Of a DNA stretch of 64,000 nucleotides, positions 19,058 through 28,458 are shown piece after piece (within the stretch, counting starts at the first letter, position 1; each line of letters begins with the position of its first letter). The stretch covers positions 5,724 through 69,723 of the forward strand of contig CAYODY010000001.1 of assembly GCA_964402965.1 (NCBI GenBank), given 5' to 3'. A model generated the notes under the pieces. That model had not been told where the DNA came from and ran no database searches. It saw only the letters and a program-made list of their open reading frames with translations. The position numbers and the translations under genes were made by a program. The stretch comes from an uncultured Candidatus Saccharibacteria bacterium (GTDB lineage: Bacteria; Patescibacteriota; Doudnabacteria; UBA920).

Positions 19058-19438
19058 GTGTATGCCCTGTGTGGTATAATTAATCCTATGAATGATTTAC
19101 AAGAAGTATTTAACCGTATTCGCGAAACTCGCACTAAAGCAAAAGAGATTCGCAGAATGTATCAAGATTCGCTAATTGCGAACCAAGAGTATCAAGAAAT
19201 AAAAGAAAAGCTTGAGGACCTTAAATTGCGAAAGAAAGCAATTGAGGCAGAAATTCAAGAAGAGCAAATTGCCGATTTTCAAAAACTAGATGCATATAAA
19301 ATGCATGTTAAGAATGACTTAGAAATGCTTTCAGATTTAGCACTAAATAAATTAGTCTCAGGAGAATCTGTAGAAGTCGTTGACGAAGCTAATAACAAGT
19401 ACGAGCCATTATTTACAGTGAAGTTTAAGAAATCCTAA
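19058..19438 (+). CDS. hypothetical coiled-coil protein
   Basis: 126 aa, charged and helical (EIKEKLEDLKLRKKAIEAEIQEEQIADFQKLDAYK). Its stop TAA is immediately followed by the ATG of the next gene. Confidence 0.4.
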   Translation: MYALCGIINPMNDLQEVFNRIRETRTKAKEIRRMYQDSLIANQEYQEIKEKLEDLKLRKKAIEAEIQEEQIADFQKLDAYKMHVKNDLEMLSDLALNKLVSGESVEVVDEANNKYEPLFTVKFKKS

Positions 19439-19795
19439 ATGACAGAAATACCAAAATTGCGTTCACTCCAAGAGTTACGCTTGATGGTAAGACGTGTTAT
19501 GTTGGAATCTGAAAAAATAGTTGGCAATAAGCCAAATGAGCTTAGGCTTAAACCAATGAAGTCGCAGTGGGGAAGTTGCAGTAGTCGAGGAGTCATATCA
19601 ATCAATACAAAATTGATGTTTCTTCCAGATAGACTAGTTGCTTATGTTGTGCACCACGAAATGTGCCATTTGAAAGTAATGGCACATGACAGAAATTTTA
19701 AATTGTATGTAGAGGCAATGTTTCCGGATAGGTTGTTGCTAGATAAACAACTTCGTGGTTTTGGATATATTTTGCGTGCTGGGAAATTGGGGTAA
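19439..19795 (+). CDS. minimal YgjP/DUF45-like (WLM/SprT-type) HExxH metal-dependent hydrolase
   Basis: QWGSCSSRGVISINTKLMFLPDRLVAYVVHHEMCHLKVMAHDRNFKLYVEAMFPD matches the DUF45 core (RWGSC ... YVxxHExxHL ... H.xxF). The protein is only 118 aa, against about 230 aa typical for the family. Confidence 0.6.
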   Translation: MTEIPKLRSLQELRLMVRRVMLESEKIVGNKPNELRLKPMKSQWGSCSSRGVISINTKLMFLPDRLVAYVVHHEMCHLKVMAHDRNFKLYVEAMFPDRLLLDKQLRGFGYILRAGKLG

Positions 19796-20299
19796 TTACT
19801 GGCTCACCGAGAACATAGTCATAACTGGAATACCTTTATTGGTCACAGCTTTATCTAGCGAGTCTGTGAATTTTTTATCTCCGTTGTCTTCACGAAGCAT
19901 GGCAATGTACTTGCTTCCTGCAACGAGCATAGCTTTAATTTCTAAATCTTGTTTACCACCTGTAGAAAGCAATCCGCTTGTGCCAATAATTTTTCCAGCT
20001 TTTCCTTTGGCATCTACTTCGTGGATTGTTATAAATCCAGCTTTACTTAGAAAAACGTTATCTATAGTAACTGAGTCACCTGCTAATTGAGTGCTAACTG
20101 CAACTGTATCTGTGGTTGGAGCAGGGATTGGAGTGTTTTCGTCGTTTGGTACATCACCAATTGGCTCGGTGATTTGATTAGTGTCATTTACAGTTAAGTC
20201 ATCGCTCTCTGGACCATAGTTTTTTTGAATATAAACGAAAAGTCCCGCACCAATTATAATGGCAATTATAATTAGCATGATCCAATGTTTTTGTTTCAT
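19796..20299 (-). CDS. hypothetical membrane-anchored secreted protein
   Basis: 167 aa. It has an N-terminal TM (IMLIIIAIIIGAGLFVYI), an acidic/Pro linker and a small beta-rich C-terminal domain. Confidence 0.45.
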   Translation of the reverse strand: MKQKHWIMLIIIAIIIGAGLFVYIQKNYGPESDDLTVNDTNQITEPIGDVPNDENTPIPAPTTDTVAVSTQLAGDSVTIDNVFLSKAGFITIHEVDAKGKAGKIIGTSGLLSTGGKQDLEIKAMLVAGSKYIAMLREDNGDKKFTDSLDKAVTNKGIPVMTMFSVSQ

Positions 20300-20367
20300 T
20301 TTTTAGTAGTTAATTATATGAATATTATAGCATAATTTAGTGGTATATTGATAATATCATCTGCATC

Positions 20368-20892
20368 TTGTACAATGCGTTTATGGGTGAAATATATCAA
20401 CCAAATCTGTATTCTGAACAAAGCTTAAATGAGCTACAGGAGGAAAAACGAATGGTAGAACCAATAACGCTTGAATCTGTTGGCGCGGCCATAGAAAGAA
20501 TCGGTTCAAAATCTGAGCCTGTTTTGGGCCAGCTAATCGCTAGAAAAGATTCTCGTGGGAAAACTATCTTTTTGTATTGGGGAGAGCTTGCTCCTGAAGT
20601 AGTAAAAAATCTAAAGTTGGATTCTGCTGTTTCAGCAATCCTTCTTGACGATGATCTGCAGGCAAAATGCCAAGAGTTCGCTTCTACCTATTTCGAGCAT
20701 GAAAGTTCGATTCACAAAACAGATGATATTCTCTCTACAGAGTATCTAAACGATCCAAAACCTTCACTCGTGCAAAATCAGCAAACAGAAGCTGAAATTA
20801 AAACGAGTGACGAACCTATTGGCAAGACGCCATCTGGTGAGCCTATGTACGCGCCAGATAAATACAATCCTGCCACAGGAAGATACGAATAG
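20368..20892 (+). CDS. hypothetical protein
   Basis: 174-aa ORF with coding-like composition. No motif recognised; the start is uncertain. Confidence 0.35.
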   Translation: MYNAFMGEIYQPNLYSEQSLNELQEEKRMVEPITLESVGAAIERIGSKSEPVLGQLIARKDSRGKTIFLYWGELAPEVVKNLKLDSAVSAILLDDDLQAKCQEFASTYFEHESSIHKTDDILSTEYLNDPKPSLVQNQQTEAEIKTSDEPIGKTPSGEPMYAPDKYNPATGRYE

Positions 20893-20965
20893 TTTCATCA
20901 TAAAAGGAACAATAATTGACGGTAGCAAATTAAAGCACCGTCTCTTTTTATGTTAAAATACATTT

Positions 20966-22066
20966 ATGATTATCGGAATTGAAGCAGAACGAGCAAATAA
21001 CAAATACAAAACTGGCGTTGAGCACTATGTAAAAGAGCTAATTTTAGAGTTGGCAAAAATTGATTCTAAGAATCAATACATTTTGTACCTTCGAACTAAA
21101 CCAGAAGAATGGTTTTTAGCTTTACCTAAAAATTTTACTGTGAAAGTGCTGCCATTTCCAATTTTTTGGACCCAGCTTCGTTTAAGTTGGGAGATGTTGT
21201 GGAATGCTCCAGATGTATTGTTTGTTCCTGCATCTACTCTCCCTCTGATTCACCCAAAGAGTGTTTATACAGAACATGATGTTGCATGGATCTATTTTCC
21301 AGAAATTTTCACTTGGTACATGAGACAATTTCATAGAATTTTTTCAGCACTGGCACGAAATGGCGCTACAAAAATTATCTCAATTTCTGAGTCTACAAAA
21401 AAAGATTTAGTTGAGCACTATAAAATTAGTCCTGCGAAAATTGCAGTTGTGCAACATGGTTATACAAAGACACAAAATATACCAGACGAACTTTCTAAAG
21501 AGGTGGAAACAAAGTTGCCCTCGGAATATCTATTATTCCTTTCTACTTTACAACCACGAAAAAATCTTGAATTACTCATAGATGCGTTTCGTGAATTTAA
21601 AAATGAACATCCAGAATTTCCACATAAACTAGTAGTTGTTGGTCAACCAGGTTGGAAATTTGAATCAATCTTGAAAAAAATTGAAGAAAACAACGACATT
21701 GTAGTGTACTTGGGACGGATAGCAGATAACGACCGATGGCCTGTATATAAAAGAGCAAAACTCTTTATTCATCCAAGTTTGTACGAAGGTTTTGGTATGT
21801 GGATACTTGAAGCATTTGAGTGTGGTGTGCCTGTTGCGGTTTCTGGAACGTCTAGTTTGCCAGAAGTTGGAGGAAACGCTTCGTTGTATTTTGATCCGCA
21901 TAGTAAAGATGAAATGAAAGCAGTAATACTTCGTGTATTGCAAAATCCAGAGCTATCTCAAGAAATGATTGCTAAAGGTAAACAACAGCTTGCAAAATTT
22001 AGTTGGGAAAAGTGCGCTCAAGAAACATTGGCAGTTTTAGAAGAAGTCGGAAAAAAGGAAAAATAA
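20966..22066 (+). CDS. GT4-family glycosyltransferase (GT-B)
   Basis: The C-terminal motif is LYEGFGMWILEAFECGVPVAVSGTSSLPEV (the E-x7-E region of GT4 retaining transferases); 366 aa. Confidence 0.8.
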   Translation: MIIGIEAERANNKYKTGVEHYVKELILELAKIDSKNQYILYLRTKPEEWFLALPKNFTVKVLPFPIFWTQLRLSWEMLWNAPDVLFVPASTLPLIHPKSVYTEHDVAWIYFPEIFTWYMRQFHRIFSALARNGATKIISISESTKKDLVEHYKISPAKIAVVQHGYTKTQNIPDELSKEVETKLPSEYLLFLSTLQPRKNLELLIDAFREFKNEHPEFPHKLVVVGQPGWKFESILKKIEENNDIVVYLGRIADNDRWPVYKRAKLFIHPSLYEGFGMWILEAFECGVPVAVSGTSSLPEVGGNASLYFDPHSKDEMKAVILRVLQNPELSQEMIAKGKQQLAKFSWEKCAQETLAVLEEVGKKEK

Positions 22067-22072
22067 AATAAT

Positions 22073-23788
22073 ATGACAACTCTGAAAAAAATATTTCCAA
22101 CAGAAGATGTAAATAAAATTATTGTCACGCTAACTGCTTGGCAGTTTTTAAGCGTAGCATTAATGGCAGTGGGTACGTGGCCGGCGTACGTTGCGATTAC
22201 TAATGCAATTTTGCTTTCAATTTTTATTCTGTTCGCAAAACCCTACCATAGTGTACTGTTGTTAACTCTTTCAATTCCGTTTTACATAATTTTGCCGAAT
22301 CCATATGTTGAAAATTTGCCAATGTGGCGCGTACTCTTTGTGTTGTTATTTGTGGTTTGGTTTGTACGGTTACTTTTTGCACAAAAAGAAAGACTTAAGC
22401 AGATTTTTGAAATCCAGCATTGGCACAAACATCGCTCAATATCATTTGCAAGAGCGCGCGTGATATTAACACAAAGCATTAAAAGAATTGATTCTAGATT
22501 TATGATCTGGGATAGAGCTTTTTTGCTGCTGTTTATTTTAGCAATGTGTTCTTTGATCTTTTCACGATTCCCAATACATGGGCTTAAGCAAATAATCTTT
22601 GTATTTAACATTTACTTACTCTATGTAGTAATTATTAATGTAGTTACAGACGAAACTAAACTGAAAGAACTAATTAAATATACTTTTTATTCCTTAGGGA
22701 TTATGTTAGCACTTGGTTATGTCCAGTATATTGGCACCTTGTTCGCTCTGCCTTACTATTTTTGGCAATACTGGGCAACGATGGTTTCAAGTTTGTACTA
22801 TGGTCAAAGTTTAGCAAGTGTTTTAATTTATTCTAATTCTTGGTTTTCTTCGGATGGTAGTGGGCAAGCGCTACGTATGTTTGGAGTTTTGCCAGATACT
22901 CACGCTTTTGGGGTCATTAGTATTTTCTTTTTGGCATTTCTTATACCTCTTAAGAATGCAATGTTTAATTCTTTCGACTGCCCACGGTTTTTAAAATGGC
23001 TTTGGTATGGGTTGGTAATTTTTGCAGGTTTTGGAGTTATGGCAAATGGTACGAGAGGTGTTTGGCTTTCGATGCTTGCTCCGTTAGCTTTGACTTTTTG
23101 GTTTTACTGGCGCAAGAGTTGGTCGAATGGTTTCAGAACATTTTTCAAAACTATGCTAATGGTGTACATGAGTATTATTGTGCTATTCGTAGTTTCTCCT
23201 TACATTTCTACAGGACTAAATTTTATTAGATCATACAACGTGGACGACAACTTTTTAAATCGTGCAAGCAGTATTTACGATCTATCAGAAAACTCAAATG
23301 CTGGTCGAATAGATATATGGAAAAATAGTGTTAAATTTTCAGCCATGCATCCGTTTGGAACAGGGTATGGGAATTTCATAACATCAATAGTTCAAGAAAT
23401 TCCTGAACAGTCATCTTTCGAAGATGTCTCTACAGAAAAAAACCTGCGATATAATTTACCTCAAGCTTTTGTAACAGCGCATAGTCTATATTTACAACTT
23501 CTAGTTGAGTTAGGTTTTGCTGGTTTGTTGTTATTTGCAGTTTTGCTAGTGCAATTCTTTGGAAAAGTTTCATCTTACTTAGAGTATGTGAAGAGTTCTC
23601 AGACCCAATTTACAAATTTAGTAATTAGTTTAAGTTTGGCTTTTGTGTGGATTTTAGCATATGGAGTTTTCGATCTAACAATTCTGAACGATCGAGTACT
23701 ACAGTATTTACTTATATCTATGGCAATTTGTGGACTTATCTTTGTAAAGTATCATATTCAACACACAGATACAAAGAAACATCATTAA
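22073..23788 (+). CDS. O-antigen ligase/polymerase-like membrane protein (Wzy/WaaL family)
   Basis: 571 aa, polytopic. AHSLYLQLLVELGFAGLLLFAVLLV resembles the Wzy_C/O-antigen ligase signature helix. It follows a GT4 gene. Confidence 0.65.
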   Translation: MTTLKKIFPTEDVNKIIVTLTAWQFLSVALMAVGTWPAYVAITNAILLSIFILFAKPYHSVLLLTLSIPFYIILPNPYVENLPMWRVLFVLLFVVWFVRLLFAQKERLKQIFEIQHWHKHRSISFARARVILTQSIKRIDSRFMIWDRAFLLLFILAMCSLIFSRFPIHGLKQIIFVFNIYLLYVVIINVVTDETKLKELIKYTFYSLGIMLALGYVQYIGTLFALPYYFWQYWATMVSSLYYGQSLASVLIYSNSWFSSDGSGQALRMFGVLPDTHAFGVISIFFLAFLIPLKNAMFNSFDCPRFLKWLWYGLVIFAGFGVMANGTRGVWLSMLAPLALTFWFYWRKSWSNGFRTFFKTMLMVYMSIIVLFVVSPYISTGLNFIRSYNVDDNFLNRASSIYDLSENSNAGRIDIWKNSVKFSAMHPFGTGYGNFITSIVQEIPEQSSFEDVSTEKNLRYNLPQAFVTAHSLYLQLLVELGFAGLLLFAVLLVQFFGKVSSYLEYVKSSQTQFTNLVISLSLAFVWILAYGVFDLTILNDRVLQYLLISMAICGLIFVKYHIQHTDTKKHH

Positions 23789-23850
23789 AAAGAATGATAT
23801 ACTAACTAAGTAATATAATTTCAGAACAGCTCAATTTTAAATAAACCTAT

Positions 23851-25143
23851 ATGAATGAAAATTTAGAAAACAATAATTTCGACAAAGTAACAGGGACACA
23901 GCCAGCTCCGAATATTCAGCCAAAAGAACCAAAGCACTACAAACGGTGGATTTTGGGAATTTTGATTATTTTCTTGGTAGTAGGTGGTTCGTTTCGTTTA
24001 GGCTATGTTTCTGGATCTAAAGGCTACACCGTAGACGCGAAAAAGTTTCTTGTTGTAAATAAAGCCGATGCTCCTCAAAAAGTAGATTACGATTTGTTAT
24101 GGCAAGCATTAAAAATAGTTCAAGATAAATACATAGATAAAGAAAATATTGACCAAACAAAAGTTTTGTATGGAGCAATTCATGGTGCAATTTCTGCCGC
24201 TGGGGATCAGTACACAGAATTTTTTGATCCAGAAAGCTATGCTGGGTTTAAGCGTGATTTGCAAGGCAGTTTTTCTGGTATTGGTGCAGAAATTACCGCA
24301 GTAGATGGTAACATTCAAGTTGTTGCTCCACTAGACGGGAGTCCTGCGCAACAATCTGGTATTCGAGCCAAAGATTACATTTTAAAAATTGATGATGTCT
24401 CAACGGGAGGCATGACTAGTGCAGATGCAGCAGAGAAAATTCGTGGTCCAGAAGGCACACAGGTAAAATTAAATATTATTCGCGAAGGACTAACAGCACC
24501 TATCGATATAACAATTACGCGTGCAAAGATTGAAATTAAGAGTGTAAAACTTGAGTACAAAGAATACCAAGGAAAATATATTGCTGTTGTCTCTATTTTA
24601 CGTTTTGGTGATGATACAAAAGATTTATTTAACTCAGCTGTACAGGACATAGTAAAGAAAAATCCAGCAGGAATTGTTTTGGATTTACGTAACGATCCAG
24701 GTGGATACCTAGAAACTTCTGTTGATGTTGCATCAAAGTGGTTAGAAAAAGGCAAGCTAATTGTGAGCGAAGAACATAGTTCTGGTGAAAACATTACATA
24801 CAACTCAAGTGGCGATAATCGTTTGGGAAATATTAAAACAGTAATTTTGGTAAATGGGGGTAGTGCTTCAGCGTCGGAAATTCTTGCAGGAGCACTAAAA
24901 GACAATGGCAAAGCAGTGTTAATTGGTGAAAAGACTTTTGGTAAGGGAAGCGTGCAAGAACTTGTACCGCTAGGAACGGACATGGCGGTAAAAGTAACAA
25001 TTGCAAAATGGATAACTCCAAGCGGGAAGAACCTTAACAAGAATGGCTTAGACCCAGACATTAAAGTACTGTTAACATCGGCAGATATTGATGCAAAAAA
25101 AGATCCACAAATGGATACAGCATTGCAGGAAGTTGTAAAATAA
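23851..25143 (+). CDS. ctpA: carboxyl-terminal processing protease (S41)
   Basis: An N-terminal TM is followed by a PDZ domain. VILVNGGSASASEILAGALKDNGKAVLIGEKTFGKGSVQ contains the S41 Ser/Lys dyad context. Confidence 0.85.
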   Translation: MNENLENNNFDKVTGTQPAPNIQPKEPKHYKRWILGILIIFLVVGGSFRLGYVSGSKGYTVDAKKFLVVNKADAPQKVDYDLLWQALKIVQDKYIDKENIDQTKVLYGAIHGAISAAGDQYTEFFDPESYAGFKRDLQGSFSGIGAEITAVDGNIQVVAPLDGSPAQQSGIRAKDYILKIDDVSTGGMTSADAAEKIRGPEGTQVKLNIIREGLTAPIDITITRAKIEIKSVKLEYKEYQGKYIAVVSILRFGDDTKDLFNSAVQDIVKKNPAGIVLDLRNDPGGYLETSVDVASKWLEKGKLIVSEEHSSGENITYNSSGDNRLGNIKTVILVNGGSASASEILAGALKDNGKAVLIGEKTFGKGSVQELVPLGTDMAVKVTIAKWITPSGKNLNKNGLDPDIKVLLTSADIDAKKDPQMDTALQEVVK

Positions 25144-25307
25144 TTCCAGAAAATTTTTAGCAGATTAAGTAAAGAGCGTTAAGTACAAAGCCCAGAGTTG
25201 ACTCTGGGCTTTAATACAGAACGGTGCTATAAGCGTAAGGTCGAAAGATCTTCACGCTTTTCTTTTTACCTCAATTTTTGCTAGAATTACAAGGTAAACA
25301 ATATTTT

Positions 25308-27092
25308 ATGAATAAAATCACTGCTCAAGAGTTACGCACAAAATGGCTCGAATTTTTTAAAGAAAAGAACCATACTATTATTCCTTCAGCTTCCTTAGTC
25401 CCAGAGAACGACCCCTCTGTTCTTTTTACAATGGCTGGAATGTTCCCGCTGGTTCCGTATCTAATGGGACAAGAGCACCCAGGTGGTAAACGTGTTGCGA
25501 ATGTTCAAAAATGTATTCGTACTATCGACATTGATGATGTTGGCGACAACACTCATCTTACTTTTTTTGAAATGATGGGTAACTGGTCATTTGGTGATTA
25601 TTTCAAAAAAGAAGCAATCGAATGGAGTTATGAATTTCTAACTTCCGAGAAGTGGTTAAACATTCCATTGGAACGTTTGGCATTCTCTGTTTTTGCAGGC
25701 GATGAAACTGCTCCATTTGATGATGAAAGTTATGAACACTGGAAACGTTTGGGTGTACCAGAAGCGCGCATTGCGAAGCTTCCGAAAGAAGACAACTGGT
25801 GGATTGCAGGAACAACTGGACCTTGTGGTCCAGACACAGAAATGTTTTTTTGGATAGACGACAGCACCCCTGCTCCTGCTAACTATCAAGAGACATATCA
25901 AGACAAGCGTTGGGTTGAAATTTGGAATGATGTCTTCATGCAATATGAGCAGAAAGCAGATGGTTCTCTAGTCCCATTGGCGAAACAAAATGTAGATACA
26001 GGTATGGGACTAGATCGTGTTATAGCAGTATTAAACGGTCACAAATCTGTCTACGATTCAGAATTTTTCCAAGGAATGTTTGAAGTGATTGGTCAAAGCC
26101 AATCTGTAATTAGTGGAGATGAAGTTCGTGAGTCCAGAATTATTGTGGATCACATTCGGGCCGCTGTATTTATGGCAGGCGATGGCGTGGAGCCATCTAA
26201 CAAAGAACGTGGATATATTCTGCGTCGACTACTTCGTCGTGCAATGGTGTATGCTCGTCGTTTGAATTTGCAAGAAAATTGGATGCAAGCACTAATAGGT
26301 AAGGTAATGGAAGAATATAGTCATGCATACCCTGAACTCGTGCAAAATTCAGAACGTATTTTCACAAATCTTCAAACTGAACAAGAAAAATTTGGTAAGA
26401 CTTTGGAAAAAGGACTTAAAGAGTTTGGAAAGATGTTCGAAAAACAAGGAAGTCTATCTGGAACAGATGCGTTTAACTTATATCAAACTTATGGTTTTCC
26501 TTTAGAGCTTACAGAAGAACTTGCTCAAGCATCTGGCCAAGAAGTAAACAAGGAAGAGTTCGAAGCTGGTTTTCGCGCTCATCAAGATCTTTCTCGAACA
26601 GCAAGCGCGGGAACTTTTAAAGGAGGTTTAGCAGATAATTCAGATGTCGTAGTTCGCTATCACACGGCTACTCATTTATTACAAAAGGCTTTGCGCACAG
26701 TTTTGGGAGAAGATGTATGGCAAAAGGGTAGTAACATTACTGCTGAGCGTACACGCTTTGACTTTACATACCCACAAAAAATGACCGACGAACAGAAAAA
26801 AGAAGTGGAAGATTTGGTTAACAAATGGATTGCTCAAGATTTAGAAATGAAACAAGAAATGATGCCGTTAGAAAAAGCGCGCGAACTTGGAGCGATTGGA
26901 CTTTTCGGTGAAAAGTATGCCGACATTGTTTCAATATATACAGCATCAGACAAGCGTACTGGCGAAGTTGTCTCTAGAGAATTTTGTGGTGGACCACATG
27001 TTGAACATACAAACTTAATTGGTAAATTCCGAATTGCGAAGGAAGAGGCGGTTTCTGCTGGAGTTCGTAGAATTAAAGGAGTTATTGAGTAG
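25308..27092 (+). CDS. alaS: alanine--tRNA ligase, short form lacking the C-terminal C-Ala/oligomerisation domain
   Basis: The class II catalytic core is present (FTMAGMFPLVPY, QKCIRT, FFEMMGNWSFGDYFK). The editing-domain zinc motifs are present (HTATHLL; CGGPHV). The ORF ends about 270 aa short of canonical AlaRS. The start is the in-frame ATG 25308 (MNKITAQE). Confidence 0.85.
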   Translation: MNKITAQELRTKWLEFFKEKNHTIIPSASLVPENDPSVLFTMAGMFPLVPYLMGQEHPGGKRVANVQKCIRTIDIDDVGDNTHLTFFEMMGNWSFGDYFKKEAIEWSYEFLTSEKWLNIPLERLAFSVFAGDETAPFDDESYEHWKRLGVPEARIAKLPKEDNWWIAGTTGPCGPDTEMFFWIDDSTPAPANYQETYQDKRWVEIWNDVFMQYEQKADGSLVPLAKQNVDTGMGLDRVIAVLNGHKSVYDSEFFQGMFEVIGQSQSVISGDEVRESRIIVDHIRAAVFMAGDGVEPSNKERGYILRRLLRRAMVYARRLNLQENWMQALIGKVMEEYSHAYPELVQNSERIFTNLQTEQEKFGKTLEKGLKEFGKMFEKQGSLSGTDAFNLYQTYGFPLELTEELAQASGQEVNKEEFEAGFRAHQDLSRTASAGTFKGGLADNSDVVVRYHTATHLLQKALRTVLGEDVWQKGSNITAERTRFDFTYPQKMTDEQKKEVEDLVNKWIAQDLEMKQEMMPLEKARELGAIGLFGEKYADIVSIYTASDKRTGEVVSREFCGGPHVEHTNLIGKFRIAKEEAVSAGVRRIKGVIE

Positions 27093-27161
27093 TTCTATAG
27101 AAGAGTAGTTCAATAGAATTTGTCTGCGTATTTGCAATCAAAATAAAATTTCGAAAACAAA

Positions 27162-28328
27162 ATGAAAATAGAATTCCATAATTGCCCTGCACCACAAAAG
27201 TTTGAAACTTCATTGCTTCCAGACAAGCCGGCGTTTTTATCTTACTCGCCAAACTTTGAGTTAATGGCAGAATTAGCAGAAGAATTTAGTAAATACAAGA
27301 ATCTATTATTAATTGGTCATGGTGGCAGTATTTCAAGTTTTTATGGAATATATAGCGCTCTTAAAGAGCAATCTTTGAAAGATGTATACTTTTTAAGTAC
27401 TGTGGATCCTGATGCAATCTGCGAGCTAAAGAAAACTTTAACACCTGACAATACACTAGTAATAGCAATTAGCAAATCTGGAGAAACAGTCACGCAAATA
27501 GAAGCACTGATGCAATTTGCGAATTTTCCAATAGTTGCAGTAACAGGTTTAATGGGACCTTTGTATGAAATTGCATCCAACCTAGGTGCAAAAATTGTAG
27601 CGCATCCAGCAATTGGTGGAAGATATACTGGGCTTACAGAAGTTGCTTTGTTGCCAGCAACTCTTTGTGGCTTTGATGTCGAAACAATTTTTAAGTCTGC
27701 GCAAAAAGTTTATCAGACTTTCAACAAAACAAACGACGCATTTAATTCAGCAAGTATATTTTACCAATTAGAAGAAAAAGGTTTCGTAGATGTGTTTATG
27801 CCTGTTTATGATGAACATCTTTTTCCTTTCACAAGTTTAATTGTTCAACTTTGCCATGAAAGTTTTGGTAAAGATGGTGAAGGTCAAACGTATTTTGCTC
27901 ACCAAGCTCCAGAATCACAACATCACACCAACCAACGTTTTTTTGGTGGACGTAAAAATATTGCAGGGTTTTTCTTAGCGACAGAAAAACCTCTTCACGA
28001 TTTAACAACTACAATTCCAGACAACGCCAAAGCGCTATCCTTTAAAGAAAGTACTTTAGGAGTTTTGGACGGTATTCCTCTTTCAGTTTCACTTAGTTCA
28101 GAACTTAATGGAACTTTGGAAGATGCTAAACTAAAAAATATCCCTGTAGCTATTCAACAAATTTCTCACAGAACAGCAAGTGAAATGGGGGAGTTGCTAG
28201 CTTTTTGGCAACTTTACGCAGTTTACAGTTCATTACTACGAAACGTAGATCCTTTCGACCAGCCTCAAGTGGAATCTTCAAAAAAAATATCTTTTGATAA
28301 GCGACTGCAGTACAAAGGTAAGTTATAG
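27162..28328 (+). CDS. SIS-domain sugar-phosphate isomerase (glucose-6-phosphate isomerase-like)
   Basis: LLLIGHGGSISSFYG and VIAISKSGETVTQ are SIS phosphosugar-binding motifs. 388 aa, shorter than canonical PGI. Confidence 0.55.
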   Translation: MKIEFHNCPAPQKFETSLLPDKPAFLSYSPNFELMAELAEEFSKYKNLLLIGHGGSISSFYGIYSALKEQSLKDVYFLSTVDPDAICELKKTLTPDNTLVIAISKSGETVTQIEALMQFANFPIVAVTGLMGPLYEIASNLGAKIVAHPAIGGRYTGLTEVALLPATLCGFDVETIFKSAQKVYQTFNKTNDAFNSASIFYQLEEKGFVDVFMPVYDEHLFPFTSLIVQLCHESFGKDGEGQTYFAHQAPESQHHTNQRFFGGRKNIAGFFLATEKPLHDLTTTIPDNAKALSFKESTLGVLDGIPLSVSLSSELNGTLEDAKLKNIPVAIQQISHRTASEMGELLAFWQLYAVYSSLLRNVDPFDQPQVESSKKISFDKRLQYKGKL

Positions 28329-28395
28329 AAAGAACTTTTCAAGGCATTGCGGTATCTTGAGAAAATCTTTAGAATAAATATAGATACAGACTAGA

Positions 28396-28419
28396 AACCC
28401 TTAAATATAAGGGTTTTTT
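28396..28419 (+). terminator. rho-independent terminator
   Basis: AACCCTT-aaatat-AAGGGTT hairpin followed by T5. Confidence 0.6.
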
Positions 28420-28458
28420 GAACCGATTTGAATCAATTCGAGGAAACTTCTAGAAATT

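Noticed and set aside
24375-25061. 228-aa antisense ORF inside ctpA. Similar antisense or overlapping ORFs occur at 2714-3088, 19755-20090, 33124-33426, 34044-34418 and 45370-45682, with further antisense ORFs in the 35.2-37.9 kb region.
   Set aside because: They lie entirely within well-supported genes on the opposite strand. They show low-complexity Ser/Leu/Phe-rich composition and have no RBS or motifs. They are typical shadow ORFs.
25144-25307. T-box leader upstream of alaS.
   Set aside because: A terminator-like hairpin after ctpA is present. The conserved T-box sequence (AATTAGGGTGGNACCGCG) and specifier architecture are not recognisable.
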